Source of the DNA: Octopus vulgaris
Taxonomy: Eukaryota
Length of the DNA: 64,000 bases
Assembly (NCBI GenBank): GCA_951406725.2
Contig: OX597814.1
Coordinates: forward strand, 56,854,001 to 56,918,000
Direction: 5' to 3'
The translations under genes and the position numbers were made by a program. Below the pieces are notes generated by a model. That model was not told where the DNA came from, did not search any database, and was given only the letters and a program-made list of their open reading frames with translations. Of this stretch, positions 53,689-64,000 are shown piece by piece; position 1 is the stretch's first letter, and each line of letters opens with the position of its first letter.

Positions 53689-53903
53689 GTCAGCAATTTC
53701 GGGTGAAGAGGTAAGATGATTATATTGTCCACAGTGCTCGACTAGTATTTATTTTATCGACCTTGAAAGGCAAAGTCAGCTTTGGCGGAATTTGAACTCA
53801 CTCAGAACCTATTTCTTTACTACCCACAAGGGGCTAAACACAGAGAGAACAAACAAGGACAGACAAACGGATTAAGTCGATTATATCGACCCCAGTGCGT
53901 AAC
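53689..53903. repeat. Near-identical local copy of 51780-51995
   Basis: Includes the same junction between an old and a young SINE; about three substitutions seen. Confidence 0.9.
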
Positions 53904-54229
53904 TTTAATAAACTTTCAAAAATGTTAAGTACTGGGATCGATCTGTTCGACTTAAAATCTTGGAGACGGTGGTCCAGCATGGCTGCTGTCCAGTGGCTGA
54001 AACGAGTAAACGGTAAACGGTGTATGTATGTATGTATGTATGTATTTATGAATGAATGTATGTATGTATGTATGTACGTATGAATGCATGTATGTATGTA
54101 TGTATGTATGTATGTATGTACGTACGTACGTATGTATGTATGTATGTATGTATGTATGTATGTATGTATGTACGTACGTATGTATGTATGTATGTATGTA
54201 TGTATGTATGTATGTATGAATGTATGTAT

Positions 54230-54490
54230 GCCCTTTATCTCCACGACAGAAGAAGGTATGACAAAGTCACAACTCAACCAAGAGCATGCTCTTCGTTTTC
54301 TCGACATCCGCGGTATTGCGCATCAAGAGTTCGTCCACCAGAGCCAGACCATCAATAAAGAGTTTTAATGCGACGTTTTGAAGAGTTCGAGGGAGGGAAG
54401 ACATTGAGCGAAAGCGATCGGATCTGTAGAACGGGGAGAACTGGATTCTTCACGACGACAATGCACACTCTCACTAAGCTCCTTTTAAGA
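54230..54490 (+). mobile_element. mariner (DD34D) transposase fragment
   Basis: SPRQKKV..FLDIRGIAHQEFVHQSQTINKEF..NWILHDDNAHSH. Confidence 0.8.
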
Positions 54491-54492
54491 AT

Positions 54493-56070
54493 GTGGATGT
54501 ATATGAACTAGGGCTCTTCCTGGCCCTGACGTGTACCAATGAATACCTGTCGCACAATAACCTTCTATATGCTTGTCCCACCCGTAACAAACGCGGTAGA
54601 CCACCTACCATTACCTCAGCATACAGGAAGACTCACTGTGAGCGCTGGCAGGGATGGATAAAGCCGGAATACCCACCTTCAAGTGCACACGACATTAGAA
54701 CCACCATCGCACATGCTATCGGTGTCAGCCTGAGATTTACGCTAAAAACACATATTTTTAAATTTGACAACAAACTGTATAGGCAAACGAAAGGCAGTGC
54801 TATTGGAGTGGGGATCGCCGGTGACGTTGCAAACCTCTTCGTGGTATGGTGGGACAAACATTTTAAACAGTGCCTAGCAAACCGTAACATCCACTTGGCT
54901 ATGTACTCTCGTTACGTCGACGACATTAACCTTGTTGTGAAATATAATACAGACACAGTTATGGGCCCTCTACCAAGTGAAGAACAGGTGATGACATCTA
55001 TACAACACATAGCTGACTCTATCCACAGCAGTATAAAATTTACCATAGACTACCTCTCTAAACACCCCAGTAAACGATTACCCATCCTAGATACTGAGCT
55101 ATGGATGGAAGATGCTATGGTTAATGGAACCATTAAACCCTGTATACTCCACTCACACTATCAGAAACCGATGGCTAATCCACTAGTAATCCGTAGTGAC
55201 TCAGCTATGTCGGATACTGCCAAACTCAACATCCTAGTGGCAGACTTAATTAGAGTAATGAGGAATGTATCACCACTATGCCAACCACAAGAACGACAAC
55301 AACACATCCAGCACTACATATTCCGAATGCAACGCTCCGGATACACACAAGACGATAGAGTCAGGGTGTACAAAAGAGCGAAAGCTAGATTCGAACGCAT
55401 TCTAAGGAACGACGAAAACGGTATATGCCCCCTATACCGCAACAAGTTCTGGAATAGGTTAGAGAGGGACACCAACAAAAGGATGAGAAACGTTACTTGG
55501 TACGATAACAGGAGATTTCACAGAGTGATGTTCGTTGACGCCACACCTAAGAACGAGCTAAGTAAGGCATTCAAGAAAATCCTGCGCACTACGGGCCTAA
55601 AAATTAAAGTTGTAGAAAAGACAGGTAGGACTACCAAATCGGCATTATGCAGATCATATCCATTTGATAGAATCACCTATCAAAGTAATTGTGCAGTATG
55701 TTCGACAAATCCACATGTAAATTGCAAAACCAAGGGCACTGTATACCAGATTAAGTGCCAGGAGGGAGCTTGCGCGACTAACCCAGAGTCATACATAGGT
55801 GAGACTTCTAGAAGCATCAATGATAGGTTCAAAGAACACCTGGACAACTACATTGAAAGGAAGCCAAACTCCATCTTCTACCAACATGCTGTAGACTGCC
55901 ACAAGGGATCCTTAGAGGAACTTAAGTTGAACATCCTATCAACACACCCCACCGATGCAATGTTGAGACAGGTCATAGAAGCTGTTTGTATACAAGAATA
56001 CAAACCTACTCTCAACCGAAAGTCCGAATGGAGTAACATCCAGATCCCATTTAGAAGGACTATTCTATAA
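54493..56070 (+). CDS. Penelope-like element (Neptune-type) RT plus GIY-YIG endonuclease, 5'-truncated but uninterrupted 525-aa frame
   Basis: YRQTKGSAIG, YSRYVDDI, LPILD, Cys-rich linker CAVC..C, GTVYQIKC..YIGETSR..RFKEH and E..I..P.LN. Confidence 0.9.
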   Translation: MDVYELGLFLALTCTNEYLSHNNLLYACPTRNKRGRPPTITSAYRKTHCERWQGWIKPEYPPSSAHDIRTTIAHAIGVSLRFTLKTHIFKFDNKLYRQTKGSAIGVGIAGDVANLFVVWWDKHFKQCLANRNIHLAMYSRYVDDINLVVKYNTDTVMGPLPSEEQVMTSIQHIADSIHSSIKFTIDYLSKHPSKRLPILDTELWMEDAMVNGTIKPCILHSHYQKPMANPLVIRSDSAMSDTAKLNILVADLIRVMRNVSPLCQPQERQQHIQHYIFRMQRSGYTQDDRVRVYKRAKARFERILRNDENGICPLYRNKFWNRLERDTNKRMRNVTWYDNRRFHRVMFVDATPKNELSKAFKKILRTTGLKIKVVEKTGRTTKSALCRSYPFDRITYQSNCAVCSTNPHVNCKTKGTVYQIKCQEGACATNPESYIGETSRSINDRFKEHLDNYIERKPNSIFYQHAVDCHKGSLEELKLNILSTHPTDAMLRQVIEAVCIQEYKPTLNRKSEWSNIQIPFRRTIL

Positions 56071-56072
56071 CC

Positions 56073-56073
<1 letters not shown>

Positions 56074-56132
<59 letters not shown>

Positions 56133-56277
56133 TACTTGTAGTCCTTACATACAGGTTGCAATGCGTATGCGCAGTTATATATAACCGTATGAGCGAACGT
56201 TGTTTGATACGTACAGTTGCACTTAGGCGTTGTATCCATTCACAGTTAGACGGTGATGAGAGGAACAAACACACACC

Positions 56278-56352
<75 letters not shown>

Positions 56353-57135
56353 ACGTCTATACAAACATATATGTGAATATGTATACAACCTTCAACAAAG
56401 TAACAGTCATGTACACAACTTGGACGGACACATGCCAGTACACGGACATACGTTCACATACACATACACATGTACACACTCTCACAGACACGTCTGCCCA
56501 TTCTCCTAGACACTCACATACATACGTAGCACATGAGTACAAACATACATACATAACTACGTATGGGCATACACACGTACATACGCACGTACATGTACGC
56601 ACACACATACATGGGCACATACATACGTGCGCGTATACATACATACGCACATGCGTACGTATGTACATACACACATACATACATACATACATACATACAT
56701 ACATACATACATACATACATACATACATACATACATACATACATACGCACGTACATACATACATACGCACAATAGTAAAACAAAAGTTCTGTGATATAGA
56801 GATAAATATCTGATAATAGGTTTTAGGGTATAGTTTTGGGAGTAAGGGTCGTAAATCACTTCCAGGCTTCGGCCGGGGGAAGTTGAAATTTGATATTATT
56901 GTGATGAGTGGTCACTCTACATCTATCCATCGCTACAGGTTTATAGCTTTATGTTTATAGTGTGTATGTGCGTGCATATACACACACATACATATATACA
57001 TACATACATACATACATACATACATACATACATACATACATACATACATGCATACACAGGCGTATGTACGTACATGCATACGTACATACATACACACATG
57101 TATGCATACATACACGCATACATACGTACATATAT
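56074..57135. repeat. Microsatellite-rich 3' region ((CT)n, (CA)n, (TA)n, (TACA)n)
   Basis: Direct sequence; probably partly the 3' UTR of the Penelope-like element. Confidence 0.85.
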
Positions 57136-57391
57136 ATGACGAACTAACTGTTACTTTCTCAGATGCAGCACGGATTTTTGTCAGTGAACAGGTCGCGGAT
57201 TTTAGCGACGAAAATATTTTGACAAATTAAACTTAAATGTTGAAGTGAATCGAGCGGCTTTTGTGTGTTTCTTAAATGGCTTATAAACACCTTCCACGCT
57301 GCAATTGTTTTCGTTTCAGCACACGATCTCAGATCAAATTACTTGCTATGCGAGTACATCTCCGTAATATATATATATATATATACACATA

Positions 57392-57605
57392 TACATATTA
57401 AAAGAAAGATCAAAACCAAAGCACAACCAGTATCTCCAGTCATTTGTAATAACTTAATTAAGGAAAGGTGAATTTGAAGTCTTACATCCGTTTCTGGGAT
57501 AGTCCAAGCGGCTGTATGACTTCAAATGCACCTTAACCTAATTAAATTATTATATATGACTTCAGATCCTCGTTCTGCTTTGGTTTGGGGTTTTCCTCTA
57601 ATGTA
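57392..57605. mobile_element. Imperfect ~215-bp palindrome (MITE-like)
   Basis: Arms AAACCAAAGCA/TGCTTTGGTTT, AAGGTGAATTTGAAGTC/GACTTCAAATGCACCTT and TACATCCG/CGGCTGTA; TA-rich ends. Confidence 0.65.
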
Positions 57606-57769
57606 ATACATAGCAGCTATAACAGAACCCAAATACGGATCCCTAGATCCAGCCTTAGCTGTCATCTTGGTCGACCAGTTATATCACTAAGTGTACCTAT
57701 TCGTGAATTAAGCCCTTCATATTCTATATAAAAACTTCCTTTTGACAAGTTCTGCGTCGCGTTCAATTA

Positions 57770-58360
57770 TTAAGTTAAAAAATACACATTAAGAACAGGA
57801 CATCACCAACGAGTGAAAAATACATAAACATACAGCGAGAGAATAGTACGGGACAAAATACCAAAAGAAGTCTAACCCATCCTCAGTTGTCGACTGTGAT
57901 ATTACTCCCTGTTTCGTGTTTTTAACGACAATACAGGGAAACTCCATAAAATAACAGCATCTATTTTAAAAATATAAAATTTGTGGAGGGTCAGGGCTTC
58001 GAACTAACAGACGATACCAGAATGGGCATACGGAAGAAAACAATGGGCGAAGAGGGATATCAATGGCCGTTTGCCTAAGACGAATTGCAATGGGTAACGC
58101 TTGGTAGAAATTTTGAAAAGATATAGAATAGATAGTAGAAGAAAAAAATATCGAGAGGCGAAAGAAATGAAGTCCGACTGGCTGGCCGTCGAATCCAGGA
58201 AAGCAGGAGAGACAAGAAAAATGGCCTGTGGTTACGTGTGAGCAATAGGCAGAGGAGAATAGGGATAAGAAAGAGGGTGAGGGAAAGAAACAAAGGGAGT
58301 GAGGAAAGGGGAGGAGGAAAGGGAGTAAGAAGAAGGAAGAAGGAAAAGTGAAGAGAAGGG
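57770..58360 (-). mobile_element. Non-coding repeat carrying a rearranged hammerhead (related to 28723-29400)
   Basis: Shared terminal motifs and overall layout with 28723-29400. Confidence 0.55.
57874..57939 (-). ncRNA. Hammerhead ribozyme with non-circularly permuted strand order (copy 2)
   Basis: Minus strand: UCCCUGUA^UUGUCG-uuaaaaacac-GAAACAGGGA-guaauaucacagu-CGACAA-CUGAGGA-ugggu. Stem III 7 bp, stem I 6 bp, GUA site; stem II weak. Confidence 0.7.
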
Positions 58361-58589
58361 AGATGTATGTATGTTTACATATATATATATGTATATGTAT
58401 GCGCGCGCGATGTATGTGTGTGTGTTTTGTGATTGTGTCTGTCCCTTACCACTGCTTGACAACCGTCAGTTCGGCAAAAGAGGTTATAAAATAAGCAATA
58501 GGTTCAAAAACAAATAAAGTCCTGGGGTAGATTTGTTTGACTATAATCCTTCGAGTCAAATAAAGGAAACGAGTAAAAGATGAAATATA

Positions 58590-58639
<50 letters not shown>

Positions 58640-58669
58640 TATATTTCATCTTTTACATATATATATTTC

Positions 58670-58710
<41 letters not shown>

Positions 58711-58978
58711 TCGGGGTGAGTACTTGATAATTATAAGCACCTGTGTATACCATTTGGTGGTGTAGGTGGTGGAGTAAATTGATCAATATAAAATAAAAAC
58801 ATGATGCGAAGGATTCAGCGGTACATATGTTTCGGGCATTTATTAGACAGATTTATAACAATGCATAATGTATGTCTGTGGCCTTCTTCAGCCGCGCACA
58901 ACAGCTTCCACAAGGACATGTGTTACATCAAAAATTCTTGGTTGGGGATGCAAATCCTCTCATTCGCGTACGACATAG

Positions 58979-60380
58979 GAGTAAACTAGAAAGAATTAGG
59001 AAAAAGATCAGGCTTTTTTTCAAATCCTTCAATCTTAAACTAGAATTTATGACCAAGACTAAAATAGTAAACTTCTTAGATGTTACGTTAGATTTGAATA
59101 AGCACCTTCACCACCCGTATAGGAAACCCGAAGAAACTACCAAATACATCCATACCTCTTCCAACCATCCACCCTGTATAATTAGCACCACGGTCCAAGC
59201 CATCTCAGACAGACTGACAAAACTATCCTCTAATAGAGAAATTTTCAATAATCATGCACAACACTACAACCAGGCTCTCTATAGTGCCGGGTATAACCAG
59301 AGAATATCATATGTAGACCACCCGGGAGCGTCCGTCGGCCATAAGACTCCCATTTATAATCGAACTCAGCACTCAACTCACACTAGCGATAATTCTAATT
59401 TAAACTCCAAACAACGTATAGGAAATAGACGAACTAATAGAATAGCACACAATAGTAACCCTCCCGACGAGAGCAATATAGATCCTATTAGGAGAAATAG
59501 AAGGGATAATAGTAGATTACGCAAATATATATGGTTCAACATACCTTACAACTTAGCAGTTAGGGGTAAGTTATGTAAGAGAATATTCTCTATAATTTCC
59601 AACAACTTCCCACCCACCCACAAGTATAGAAGTATCTTCTCCAACAAAACTATTAGGATTTCCTACTCTACCCTGCCCAACATGAGCTGCCACATAGCTA
59701 AACATAACTATATTAATATTAGAACAGCTAGATCAAGAACAAACCATAGCGACCAACAGAACCCCCCTCATCTAGACAGTAGACAATATAACCAGACTGG
59801 CAGCCATACTACCCAAACAGTTAGTAATAACACCCGCCAACACAACAGAGGAAATACTACACCCATCAACAACCAGGAGGATACCAACGCCCCCACTCGT
59901 ATTGCAACACCTCTGCCTGGGATTAGCAGCACACGACCGAATAATGCAAGGCAATGCAACTGCAGATGTGCATCAGAGTGCCCGCTGCAGGGCGCATGTA
60001 GGGCGAAAAATGTAATATATTCATGTGAGGTGAGTACTCAGTTTAACACACTCACCTATATTGGTTGCTCAACCTCCTGGAAATCCAGATACTACAACCA
60101 CCGGTCCTCGCTGAGACACAGACATAAGGCTAACAGCACCTCCCTCTCTAAAAGAATTTGGGAATTAAAAGACAAATGCATAGACTTCAAACTCAGATGG
60201 TCCATCATCGGATCAGCTGCACCTTATTTAAATAATAGAGCAGGATGCCAACTATGTTGTGTAGAACTCCTGAACATCTTGAAATTCAAAGACAAACACA
60301 ATCTTATTAACAAAAGGTCAGAGTTCAAACCATCCTGTATACATAAACTTATTAATACTTTCAAATACTACAAAGCTTAG
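58979..60380 (+). CDS. Naiad-type PLE protein C-terminal part (RT thumb and GIY-YIG); the N-terminus of the listed ORF from 58872 comes from the inverted pLTR and is not genuine
   Basis: VNFLDVTLDL..PYRKP..YIH..SNHPP, IWFNIPY, CNCR..CPL.G.C, VIY..TYIG..R..NH, CQLC..E and LINKRSE..C.H. Confidence 0.9.
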
Positions 60381-62281
60381 GTCTTATACCAACTCCCCCA
60401 TGCAATTTCCTCCCACCCGGTGCAACCTGTCGGCTCCAGCACATCCCGCTTTCCTATATGTGCGTGTATATGCGTATGTGTGTGTGTATGTATATGTATG
60501 TGCACATACGTGTACGTGTGTGTACATATATATATATATATATACATGTGCGTGTGTGAGTGTGTGTGTGGGTGTGTGTATGTGCATATACGGTTCCCTG
60601 CATTTTCCTCCTATATATACAAATTTTGTCTCCCATATATGACTTCTTTTCCCTAAATATTTCTTCTCCTACACCCATATCCTCCCTATATAGTCTCTTT
60701 AATTCCCTATATCTATACCCTTTCACATTTCTAACTCGGATGTTGAACGCACACCGCCAAACTCCACTTCCCACCCTTCCAATTTTCAGTTCCCCCCGCC
60801 CGCCCCTACGTTTAACACACACCTCTAACTTTCAACCACCTTCATCTCATGTTAAACTTTACCAAATTATATTTTTATCTTATTTTATTTTATTTTTATT
60901 TTTACTTTTATTTTTACTTTTATCCTACTTCCATTTATTTTTATTTTTACCTTTATTCTACTTCCATTTATTCTCATTTTTATTTTCATCCCTTACCTTA
61001 ACTCTTATAATTTTTATAATTCTTATATTTCATTTCTAACTATTACATTGTATTTCTTATTTTATACTGTATTTTTTATTTCTAATTTTTACCCTTACCC
61101 TCATTCTTACCCCTAACTTATCGCTTTACACCTCTATATATGTTTATTTACTTACCTATGGATCCACTTTTTGACTATACGAGCGCCTGCGTACGTGTGT
61201 ATACGCATACATACATATGCACGCGCATATATGTACATGCATACTTCGATATCTTATAGCTATACCCATGTGCGCGTGTGTCTCTGTGTGTGTATATGAG
61301 TGTATATGTGCACGCACATACGGACACACAGCCGTGTGTGTGTGCACGTATAGACATGAATACGTGATTTTTTACATACGCTCTTATATACATCCTTTAA
61401 TATCTTATATCTAGACCTAGAGGCGTGGGCATATACGTGTGTGTATGTAGGGATGGGCACGCGTATGTACATGTGAGTGGGTACGCGTATAGTGTCCGTG
61501 TATACATGCGGATATTCTGTTGTATGTATGTGTGTGTACGCGCGTGCGTGTGGGTGCGCGTGTGTGTTTATGTACATGTTTACACGCGAGTGCGTGTGTA
61601 TGCTTATAGGCTTGGAGACGTATATGTACGCGTGTATGTGGGTGTATGTATCCATGATGATATGTATGTACTAGAAGTCCATTTAATTCAAGGAACCAGA
61701 TTAAATGCTCATCAGCTCTGATTTACAACACATTAGGTCCCCAGACGAAACTGTTGATTTACTGACTATTCTACAACTAAATTTTATCAATCTCCTGACC
61801 ACCATGCTTGGTCCGTAACCTCTATACATCCCTTATCTTTACATTCTTTTACACTTTTATCATGTTTTTATCATGTTTTTTTACTTTTATTTCTATTTCT
61901 ATTTTTACTTTATAACCTTATGCCTTTACATTTATTTATATTTCTTTATATTCCTTTATATTCTTTATACCCCCTTTACATCTCCTTATAACTCTTTATA
62001 TCTTTATGCTCTACATTTTTATATTTTTCTATACTTACACTCTTTATACATTTTTTATCCCTCGTCCCGAATTCTCGCCCCTCCATCTTCACCTCTATAT
62101 ATGTATTTATTTATTTACATTACCTCAACATCCAATTTTCCTCATTCTACATTGAGAGAAGAAAGAGATGGACGCTTCAATTCTATGCTGCTGCCGCATT
62201 ATGTCGTACGCGAATGAGAGGATTTGCATCCCCAACCAAGAATTTTTGATGTAACACATGTCCTTGTGGAAGCTGTTGTGC

Positions 62282-62359
62282 GCGGCTGAAGAAGGCCACA
62301 GACATACATTATGCATTGTTATAAATCTGTCTAATAAATGCCCGAAACATATGTACCGC
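62282..62359 (+). ncRNA. Type I hammerhead ribozyme in the pLTR of the Naiad-type element (inverted copy at ~58818-58895 on the minus strand)
   Basis: GCGG-CUGAAGA-AGGC..GCCC-GAAA-CAUAUG-UA^-CCGC; palindromic stem III as in PLE minimal hammerheads. Confidence 0.85.
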
Positions 62360-62397
62360 TGAATCCTTCGCATCATGTTTTTATTTTATATTGATCA

Positions 62398-62523
<126 letters not shown>

Positions 62524-62616
62524 TTTATGGATTTGATTTGCAAGAGTTCGTGTGTTGAATCATATTCTGTTTTGTCTGGAGAGAGTAATTTTCTTGACTC
62601 TATATATACACAAGAG

Positions 62617-62647
<31 letters not shown>

Positions 62648-64000
62648 GGTCGGTTGTATTCAAAAAGCACCTATTTAACAGTGTCGACCTACGAGTTAGA
62701 GCAAGTCAGAAAGCAATACAATTTTTATTTGTGTCACCTTCTGACTTATCCTGGTAGATATGAAATTTAATGTGCTAGTCACGGTTGGAATACATCTAGT
62801 CAAGACTGACCTGGAAGTATGCAACCACACTGATTTCTAAATTTCGTACAAGGTCACAGATTTTCAGAATGGACACAGTTGGTTATTTGACTTTAATACT
62901 TGACTTTTTCTGAACCTTTAGGAATAAAATCAAAGTTTGCCTTGAAAGGATTTGAATTCAAAATGTAAAGTGCTATAACAAAATACCATAACAAGGCACT
63001 TTGCTTGGCGATTTTGTCAATCTACTTTTAATTGCTGTGTGATATTAGCATGACTAATATTACACAATTGGTGTGATAAATTGATATGCTGTACTACATT
63101 GAATATTGGTTGTACTCTTGTAATTGACTGAAGGAATTTCATGTATTTATCATGCCACCAGCACTCGATTGTAAATAGAATCCAGAACGTTAGTAATGAT
63201 AACATGTACAATAAATATAATCAAAGACATCTATCTTGAGTGTACAATATACAGAAAGAAATCTATCTTGAGTGTACAATAAATACGCATATAGAAACAA
63301 AAAAACATCTTCCTTGAATATAAAGCGCTAAGCTATAGAGAGCGGATGTGTGTTGATAAAAGTAAGACTAATTTCTTCTTAAATAAGAGATGAGTAAATA
63401 CACATTCACAAATACACGCACGTACGCGCTCATACACACACTCACACATACACATACAGGAAACATCTAACCAATTTGAAATATATGCTTCTTATGAAAA
63501 GGACATTTTCTGGTGGCCAGGAAGAAATCTGATTCTAGCAACTAGTTAATAGGGCCTTGGGATTCTGCTTCTGATGATGCAGTAACACATTGAAGCTGAT
63601 GTATCCTGCTAAAATTAGTGGATCATTGCGATGACAACGGCAACGTCGACAGGAAACAGATAGACGCGCCTTTGTTTGAAATGTCTTTCTGCAGCTTGTT
63701 TCTGTGACCAAGACATAGTTCTAGGTTACGCACAGACCAATGCTGGCCATTTGGAATTCGGATTATAGCCCCGTGATCACTCGTAGTAGCAATACAGTCA
63801 TAATCAACCACTGAAGTATAAGTGGTTAGTGGTTTATGTGAACAACAGTGGCTTAAGTATAATTTTGAGCGTTGATGAAGTTCGTCAGAGCAATCTCTTT
63901 TTGATGAATTTCGGGTTGGAGATTATTGACAATTTCCAAAACTCATTAGTCTGGCAGTCCTATAGGGGGAATTATATGTTAGAGACAAGCTCTACACGTA

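Noticed and set aside
56795-56920. Possible hammerhead downstream of the Neptune-type ORF (CTGATAA, a cUUCGg hairpin at 56858-56883, GAAA, GTGATGA)
   Set aside because: No arrangement gives an intact core with consistent stems I and III.
59950-60380. Selenocysteine recoding, reported for some Naiad elements
   Set aside because: The frame has no in-frame TGA, the Cys motifs use TGC/TGT, and no convincing SECIS was seen by eye.
63560-63625. CTGATGA-TGCAG..CTGC hammerhead-like start
   Set aside because: GAAA is missing (TAAAA) and there is no stem I or III.
63623-63811. 62-aa minus-strand ORF as a possible host exon
   Set aside because: No recognisable domain and no supported splice structure.

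Overview
Eukaryotic, AT-rich, repeat-dominated DNA with no recognisable host gene. The SINE families and microsatellite load suggest an octopus/cephalopod genome (inference). It contains decayed DNA transposons (Tc1/mariner, piggyBac, Chapaev3-like, Helitron-like, a telomere-repeat-bearing foldback element), CR1/L2-like and HERO-like LINE relics, and two 5'-truncated Penelope-like elements (Neptune-type and Naiad-type), the latter with a standard hammerhead. A ~20-kb array (30.4-51.0 kb) holds ten co-oriented R4/Dong RLE retrotransposons plus antisense Tx1 elements, all inserted in (AAT)n. The most unusual observation is two divergent minus-strand copies (28846-28907 and 57874-57939) of a hammerhead core whose three strands are in a non-circularly permuted, pseudoknotted order (cleavage strand, GAAA strand, CUGANGA strand). 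Stems I and III are fully paired in both copies despite different sequences. A possible partial third example lies at the 3' end of the HERO-like element. All calls were made by eye, and most element boundaries are approximate.
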